Origin: Thainema sp. | Lineage (GTDB): Bacteria; Cyanobacteriota; Cyanobacteriia; Phormidesmidales; Phormidesmidaceae | Direction of reading: 5' to 3' | Length of the DNA stretch: 64,000 bases | Assembly: GCA_052168235.1 (NCBI GenBank) | Contig: JBQLZK010000011.1 | Coordinates: forward strand, 30,910-94,909 | In this document: positions 58,917 through 64,000 of the stretch, piece after piece | Layout of the letters: each line of letters begins with the position of its first letter | How positions within the stretch are numbered: position 1 is the stretch's first letter | Notes under the pieces: generated by a model | Told to the model about the DNA's origin: nothing | Databases searched by the model: none | Seen by the model: only the letters and a program-made list of their open reading frames with translations | Position numbers and translations under genes: made by a program

Positions 58917-60281
58917 TTAAGGGCAGCTATGCTGGCTACCGTCGGGTAGAACGGTGTCGCAGAGGTTGGTTGAGGCGTCGTAGCGGACGCCCTGTAGGGT
59001 AGTGCCGAGTAAGTTGGCTTCGGTTAAATCGGCAGCCTCAAGGTTAACGTTGGTGAGGTTGGCACCTTCCAAATTGGCACCTTCTAAATTGGCACTGCTC
59101 AAGTTTGCACCTGTCAAATCAGCGTTGCTGAGGTTGGCTCCGGTCAAGTTGGTATCGGACAGGTTTGCGCCCCGCAGGTTGTTGCCGCTGAGGTCGGCTC
59201 CGCTCAGGTTGAGGTCACTGAGGTCAGAGCCCTCGAGGTCGGCATCACGGAGACGGATGCCTTCTGGATCGGTGTTCTGTAAATTGGCAGCGGAGAGGGT
59301 GGTGCCGCTGAAGTCTGCGCCGCGTAGTTCAGCTCCTTCGAGAATGGCGTCACTCAAATTGGCGTTGCGGACATCGGCAATGAAGAAGATGGTGTCTTCC
59401 AGGATGGCGTTGCGGAGGTTGGCGTTGGTTAGATAGGCTCCGGTGAAGTCAGCGTCTTCCAAATTGGCACCGACTAGGCTGACGCTGTCGAGATAGGCGA
59501 GCTGGAAGTCGGCGGTATCCAGGTTGGCTTCCGTCAAGTCACTGTTGCGTAGGTCAGCGGCGCGGAAGCTGGCGTCGGCGAGGTTGGATTGACTGATGCT
59601 GGTGCTGCGCAGGTCGGCAATGAAGAAATCAGATTCCTGAAGATTGGTTTCATCTAGGTTGCTGCCAGCTAGGTACGCCCCTTCAAAGGTGGCAGCTTCT
59701 AGGTTTGCGCCTGTTAGATTGGCTCCTCGTAAGTCGGCTCCATCCAGGTTGGCTCCGGCTAGGTCGGCTTCCTGTAAATCGCGGCCCTGTGCGCCATTGG
59801 TAACGATGTCGCGCACGGTTTCCCAGCGATCGGCAAGTAGGGTGCGATCGTCGATGATGGTGTTGGCTAGTAATGCGCCTTCGAGCTGTGCGCCATCCAG
59901 GTTAGCGTTTTCTAAGTTGGCGTTGCGGAGGTCGGCTCCGCGCAGATCAGCTTCACGTAAGTAAGCTCCCTGCAAGTCGGCTCCGTTCAAATCGGCTTCG
60001 CGCAGGTCGGCACGGCGGAGATTGGCCTGACGCAAGTAGGCTCCGCGCAACGCGGCTTCGCGCAGGTTGCAGTTGGAGCACTGGCGGGTGGCAAGGAGTT
60101 GGACGACATCGCGACGGCTGGCGGCCCAAGTTGGCTGGGGGGAGAGACTAATTAAGCTACCAATAAGTGCGATCGCAATTGGCAAACTCAGACGAGAATT
60201 GTGTCGCTGTACCGTGGTAACACAATTCTGGTTTGAGGGTCTGATGCAAGGCGCGAGGCTAAATACGTTACGCATGATCAT
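58917..60281 (-). CDS. Secreted/lumenal pentapeptide-repeat protein
   Basis: Signal peptide (..QPTWA), CxxC, long A(D/N)LxG repeats. Confidence 0.93.
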   Translation of the reverse strand: MIMRNVFSLAPCIRPSNQNCVTTVQRHNSRLSLPIAIALIGSLISLSPQPTWAASRRDVVQLLATRQCSNCNLREAALRGAYLRQANLRRADLREADLNGADLQGAYLREADLRGADLRNANLENANLDGAQLEGALLANTIIDDRTLLADRWETVRDIVTNGAQGRDLQEADLAGANLDGADLRGANLTGANLEAATFEGAYLAGSNLDETNLQESDFFIADLRSTSISQSNLADASFRAADLRNSDLTEANLDTADFQLAYLDSVSLVGANLEDADFTGAYLTNANLRNAILEDTIFFIADVRNANLSDAILEGAELRGADFSGTTLSAANLQNTDPEGIRLRDADLEGSDLSDLNLSGADLSGNNLRGANLSDTNLTGANLSNADLTGANLSSANLEGANLEGANLTNVNLEAADLTEANLLGTTLQGVRYDASTNLCDTVLPDGSQHSCP

Positions 60282-60459
60282 GTTGTGTCAATTTTGCTTG
60301 CTGAATCCTGAAAACCCCTTATTGCTTAGGATAGAGTCTACGTTAGGCAAATTATTGAATTTGCTAGATTTCGATACGATTTTGGCCCCAAAGTATCTTG
60401 TATCTCTCGGTTTCGATGTCGGTAGATCCCGATATGTTGCATGTTGCGTTACACGTTGC

Positions 60460-60487
60460 GTAGGGGCGAATGGCCATTCGCCCCTAC
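60460..60487. repeat. REP-like palindrome copy
   Basis: GTAGGGGCGAATGGCCATTCGCCCCTAC. Confidence 0.9.
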
Positions 60488-60551
60488 CAGACACGTAAAA
60501 TTGAGGCTCTTTTTTAGTCAGCGTTTCACCGTGAATGGCAGGCAGAATCTG

Positions 60552-62300
60552 ATGGCTTTTGGTAAATCTGTGGCAGGTTGTTCAAGTTTTTTACGCTGGG
60601 TCGAATCTGCGATCGCATCCTCAAAACTTCGATCGCAATTGTTGCCTGGTGCGATCGCACTGGCCACCACGATCACGCTCGCGACGCCGACGCCTGCCCA
60701 GGAGACGTTTGAAAACCTGGAAGACTTTGACTATTGGTTTGATCTCTGTCGGTTGTCGGCGGATGCGGATTTGTTTGAGGATGCGCTGAAGGCTTGTGAG
60801 CAGGCGTTGGTGATTGAGCCGGAGGAGTCCAACGTGTGGGCGGAGCGGAGCGGTATTTTGCTGAAGATGCAGGCGTTTCCGGATGCGATCGCATCTGCTG
60901 ACCGGGCGTTGGAGTTTGACCCGGAAAATTCGCTGGCGATTACCTATCGCTGCGTGGCGTTTGCGGCGTTGAATAATAACGAGACGGCGCTGGATTCCTG
61001 TAATGATGCGCTGCGGGTAAATGGCAACTGGGGCGGGCGTTCTCCGGTACTGGCCTGGTTTAATCGAGGCGTGATTTTGGCGCAGGCGGGGCAGTATGAG
61101 CAGGCGCTGATTGCCTATGACCGGACGCTGCTGCTGGAGCCAGAGGATTCGCTGACGCTGGCCTATCGCTGTGCGGTAATGGTGGAATTGCAGGATTATC
61201 CAGGTGCGATCGCAAGTTGTCAGGCGGCGCTGGAGGGCAACGGCAACTGGGGCAACGAAACGGCGGCGATTGCCTGGACGCATCAGGGGCGAGCGCTGAC
61301 GGCGGCGGAAAAATATGATGCTGCGATCGCGGCTTATGACCAGGCGATTAGTATTGACCCGAACAATGCGCTGACCTGGGCATCGCAGGGGCAGGTGTTG
61401 GAAAAGCTGCGCCGCAATGAGGAGGCGCTGACCTCGTACAATCGGGCGGTGGAGATTAAGCCGGACTATTCGCTGGCGCTGCTGGGTCAGTGTACGCTGC
61501 TGAATCGGCTGAAGCAGTATGAACCCGCGCTGGCGGCCTGCGTGGCGGCGGTTCAGGGCGATATTCAGTGGAAGGTGAACGATCAGGCCAATGCCTGGAA
61601 TGAGCGCAGTATTGCGCTGACGGGGTTGGCTCAGTATGAGGAGGCGCTGGCGGCGATTAATCGGGCGGTAGGGATCAAGCCGGATTTTGCGGAAGCCTAC
61701 AATCATCGGGCGGTGATTTACTGGTATCTGGAACGCTATGATGAGGCGCTGCTAGAAACAGAAAAAGCGCTGGAGATGAATCCGGAACTGGCGCTGGCCT
61801 GGTTTAATCGCGGTGTGATTTATCGGACGATTTTGCAGTATGAGGCGGCGCTGGATGCCTATGATCAGTCGCTGAAGATTGACCCGAATCGGGCGCAAAC
61901 CTGGGCCAATCGCAGCGTGGTGCTGTGGCTGTTGGGTCGGTTTGACGAGGCGTTGACTTCGGCGGATCAGGCAATTTCGCTCGATCCGGAGTCGGCGCAG
62001 GGCTGGTTTAACCGGGGGGCGGCGCTGCTGTCGCTGAAGCGGTATGCGGATGCGCTAGTTGCCTATGATCGGGCGCTGGAGATTGACCCGACGAATGCGG
62101 AGGCGCTGACGGGGAAAGGGGTGGTGATGGCGCAGCTTGAGCGCTATGACGAGGCGTTAGCGGCACTGCAAGCGGCGTTGGCAATTAATCCGGAGCAGGC
62201 GACGGCGTTGGAGACGGTGGAGGCGGTAACGCAGATTCAGCAGCAGTTGCAGATGGAGCAGCAACAGATGGAGCAGGAGCAGATGATGATGCCACTTTAA
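60552..62300 (+). CDS. Secreted multi-TPR protein
   Basis: Signal-like segment ending TPTPAQ; many TPRs (AWFNRG..YDRAL..P); the track start at 60441 reads through a REP. Confidence 0.9.
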   Translation: MAFGKSVAGCSSFLRWVESAIASSKLRSQLLPGAIALATTITLATPTPAQETFENLEDFDYWFDLCRLSADADLFEDALKACEQALVIEPEESNVWAERSGILLKMQAFPDAIASADRALEFDPENSLAITYRCVAFAALNNNETALDSCNDALRVNGNWGGRSPVLAWFNRGVILAQAGQYEQALIAYDRTLLLEPEDSLTLAYRCAVMVELQDYPGAIASCQAALEGNGNWGNETAAIAWTHQGRALTAAEKYDAAIAAYDQAISIDPNNALTWASQGQVLEKLRRNEEALTSYNRAVEIKPDYSLALLGQCTLLNRLKQYEPALAACVAAVQGDIQWKVNDQANAWNERSIALTGLAQYEEALAAINRAVGIKPDFAEAYNHRAVIYWYLERYDEALLETEKALEMNPELALAWFNRGVIYRTILQYEAALDAYDQSLKIDPNRAQTWANRSVVLWLLGRFDEALTSADQAISLDPESAQGWFNRGAALLSLKRYADALVAYDRALEIDPTNAEALTGKGVVMAQLERYDEALAALQAALAINPEQATALETVEAVTQIQQQLQMEQQQMEQEQMMMPL

Positions 62301-62379
62301 GTCGATTAGTCGAATAGCTTGATCTTGTAGATTGCATTAGTCAGAATTTGTTATTTTTTAGATTTAAACCAAATCCAAC

Positions 62380-62422
62380 TTGGGAACTGGAGTTTTCCCT
62401 TAGGGAAAACTCCAGTTCCCAA
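62380..62422. repeat. Perfect hairpin (21-bp stem) at the GC-to-AT composition boundary
   Basis: TTGGGAACTGGAGTTTTCCCT-T-AGGGAAAACTCCAGTTCCCAA. Confidence 0.75.
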
Positions 62423-62512
62423 CCTAGGCAAGGTATAGCTAGAATTTAACTGATCTGTATTTTTCTACTCTTCACGAAGTTAATTTTATTGTGAATTTCA
62501 AGAATTCAAACA

Positions 62513-64000
62513 ATGGACAAAGAAGAAATTTTTTCAAGCCTCACCAGCAAAGTCTTCAACAATGTCTCATTCAAAGAAAGTTTTGAGCATCTAGAAGAAA
62601 ATCATTACTTCACAAAGGAAATTGAGACTATTCACGAATTAGCAGAAAAGGATTTAAAGGAAAATTGGGATTTGATTTGGAAGGATGCTCGTGAATTGAT
62701 TCAAGATGCTGAACACAAAATCCAGCTAACGAAGACAGAACAAGAAAAAGTTAATGCTTCAGAGGAGGGGAGTAAACTTCAGCAAAAATTAGCTGAAATG
62801 GACAGATTAAATAACAATAATCGTGAGCAGCTTTCAGCACTAGATAATAAAATATCGCAAAAAGAGAATAGTTTTGATGTGCAACGAAAGAATAATCAAA
62901 GACTGCAAGTACAGCTTTCTGAAAAAACATCTAAAAAGAGTATTATAGAAAAAATTCAATGCAGAAGACAAAAAAAACAGGAAGAAAACAAGCTCAGAAC
63001 GTTGGAAAGTGAGCTGATGCATCTTCAAAAAATTCGCGATCAGCATAGGCAAACTGCGAATGAAGAACGAGCATTACTAAAGAAAGAAATTAGAGATTTT
63101 ACAAAGTTAGTCGAAAAAACACATCCACAATTAAAAAAGATTAAAGAAGAAAAAGATATAGTGATCCATAAAGCTAAAGATTATCTTCGAACAAGGCTTC
63201 AAGAAAGGCTTACTTTCTTTATCAATGAAAAATTAAAAGAATTAAGATCACCAGAAACAGATCGTCTCCCAGTGTGGTTTTCTGCATGGGGTATCACAGA
63301 AGTTTTTGTTTCAAGATATGCAATTACAACAATATCTGGCAAAAAGCTAACGCATTTTTTAGAAGAAATGCCTGGTGGTAGTATTGGGATCTCTGGGCCT
63401 AGAGGATCAGGCAAAAGTACTTTGATTGGGTCGTTTTGCGGCACAAATTCACCTGATAATCTGAAAGGACGTCAGGCTTTCTCTATAATGCTTTCAGCCC
63501 CTGTAAAATATGAAACGCGAGATTTTGTGCTTCATGTTTTCTCATCCGTCTGTAATTTAGTACTTAAAGATTATCTACAAGAAAAAAGTACGCAGATAGT
63601 TGAATATAATTCAAAGAAACATATCTTAGGTGAAAATCCTGAAGAAACACACTATTCTTTGATTAGTAAGCTTCGCCGAAACATAAATCAGTTGTTTGGA
63701 AAACACATATTGATTTCAGCTAAGATCATAGGCCCGGTTTTAGTGATTTCTAGCTTTTGCCTGGCCTATACCGCTACATTTAGACTGCCTCAATATGAGG
63801 AAGCAACTACAAAAACAGCGACATCAAATCTTCCTCAATCTCAACCTTTACCTCAGAACATAAATCAAAATTCGATCGGATCTAATTTTCCTCAATCCCA
63901 ACCTTCACCTCAGGGCGCAAGTCAGAATTCTCTAAACCCCAACTCTCCTCAATCCCAACCTTCACCTCAGGGCGCAAGTCAGAATTCTCTAAACCCCAAC
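62513..64000 (+). CDS. KAP-family-like P-loop NTPase with N-terminal coiled coil, partial (runs off window)
   Basis: Not in ORF track. Manual translation open from ATG 62513: MDKEEIFSSL..., coiled coil, GGSIGISGPRGSGKSTLI (Walker A), LSAPVKYETRDFVLHVF, hydrophobic segment, Pro/Gln repeats. Confidence 0.8.
   Translation, partial: MDKEEIFSSLTSKVFNNVSFKESFEHLEENHYFTKEIETIHELAEKDLKENWDLIWKDARELIQDAEHKIQLTKTEQEKVNASEEGSKLQQKLAEMDRLNNNNREQLSALDNKISQKENSFDVQRKNNQRLQVQLSEKTSKKSIIEKIQCRRQKKQEENKLRTLESELMHLQKIRDQHRQTANEERALLKKEIRDFTKLVEKTHPQLKKIKEEKDIVIHKAKDYLRTRLQERLTFFINEKLKELRSPETDRLPVWFSAWGITEVFVSRYAITTISGKKLTHFLEEMPGGSIGISGPRGSGKSTLIGSFCGTNSPDNLKGRQAFSIMLSAPVKYETRDFVLHVFSSVCNLVLKDYLQEKSTQIVEYNSKKHILGENPEETHYSLISKLRRNINQLFGKHILISAKIIGPVLVISSFCLAYTATFRLPQYEEATTKTATSNLPQSQPLPQNINQNSIGSNFPQSQPSPQGASQNSLNPNSPQSQPSPQGASQNSLNPN
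63830..64000 (+). repeat. 57-bp in-frame tandem repeat (19 aa, PQSQPSPQGASQNSLNPN-like), at least 3 units
   Basis: Units at 63830 (degenerate), 63887 and 63944 (near-identical). Confidence 0.9.

Noticed and set aside
60621..61706. 361-aa antisense ORF
   Set aside because: Shadow of the GC-rich repetitive TPR gene; no recognisable motifs. The same applies to the many short overlapping ORFs in the track (e.g. 2020..2466, 2963..3466, 30395..31060, 59002..59436)

Overview
Chromosomal window from a cyanobacterium (HIP1 octamer GCGATCGC is frequent; a filamentous Leptolyngbya-like organism is inferred). (1) 1-8.9 kb is an eroded accessory block: AI-2E transporter, frameshifted holin-X-like gene, DUF883-like remnant, two in-frame deletion chimeras (ABC N-terminus::ABC C-terminus; receiver::MFS), an intact P-type ATPase and a truncated REC-wHTH-PAS signalling gene. 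(2) 9.9-40.8 kb holds a HetP/YdcF/PPIase/cNMP module followed by a ~28 kb Wzx/Wzy exopolysaccharide cluster (glmM, wza, pglF-like, wzc, wzx, wzy, four GT4s, priming transferase). The cluster carries an unusual tailoring set: GMC oxidoreductase with a BtrR/StsC-like aminotransferase, WbqC, PIG-L deacetylase, FemAB-like GNAT, PglE-like aminotransferase, a secreted alpha/alpha-barrel protein and a cytochrome P450. A (T/A)GGCA-N3-TGGCA motif recurs five times in its intergenic regions. This cluster plus its motif is the best candidate for an undescribed system. (3) 40.8-43.4 kb has a frameshifted receiver and nested IS remnants. (4) 43.4-62.3 kb holds core and common genes (argJ, prolyl oligopeptidase, vWA, lexA with SOS box, argF, a DXCF cyanobacteriochrome histidine kinase, dedA, exoD, pentapeptide and TPR proteins). 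(5) 62.5-64 kb is an AT-rich KAP-like P-loop NTPase gene missing from the ORF track because it runs off the window. Many REP-like palindromes and MITE-like elements lie in intergenic spaces. No rRNA, tRNA or CRISPR array was recognised. All family calls come from motif recognition by eye, not database searches.
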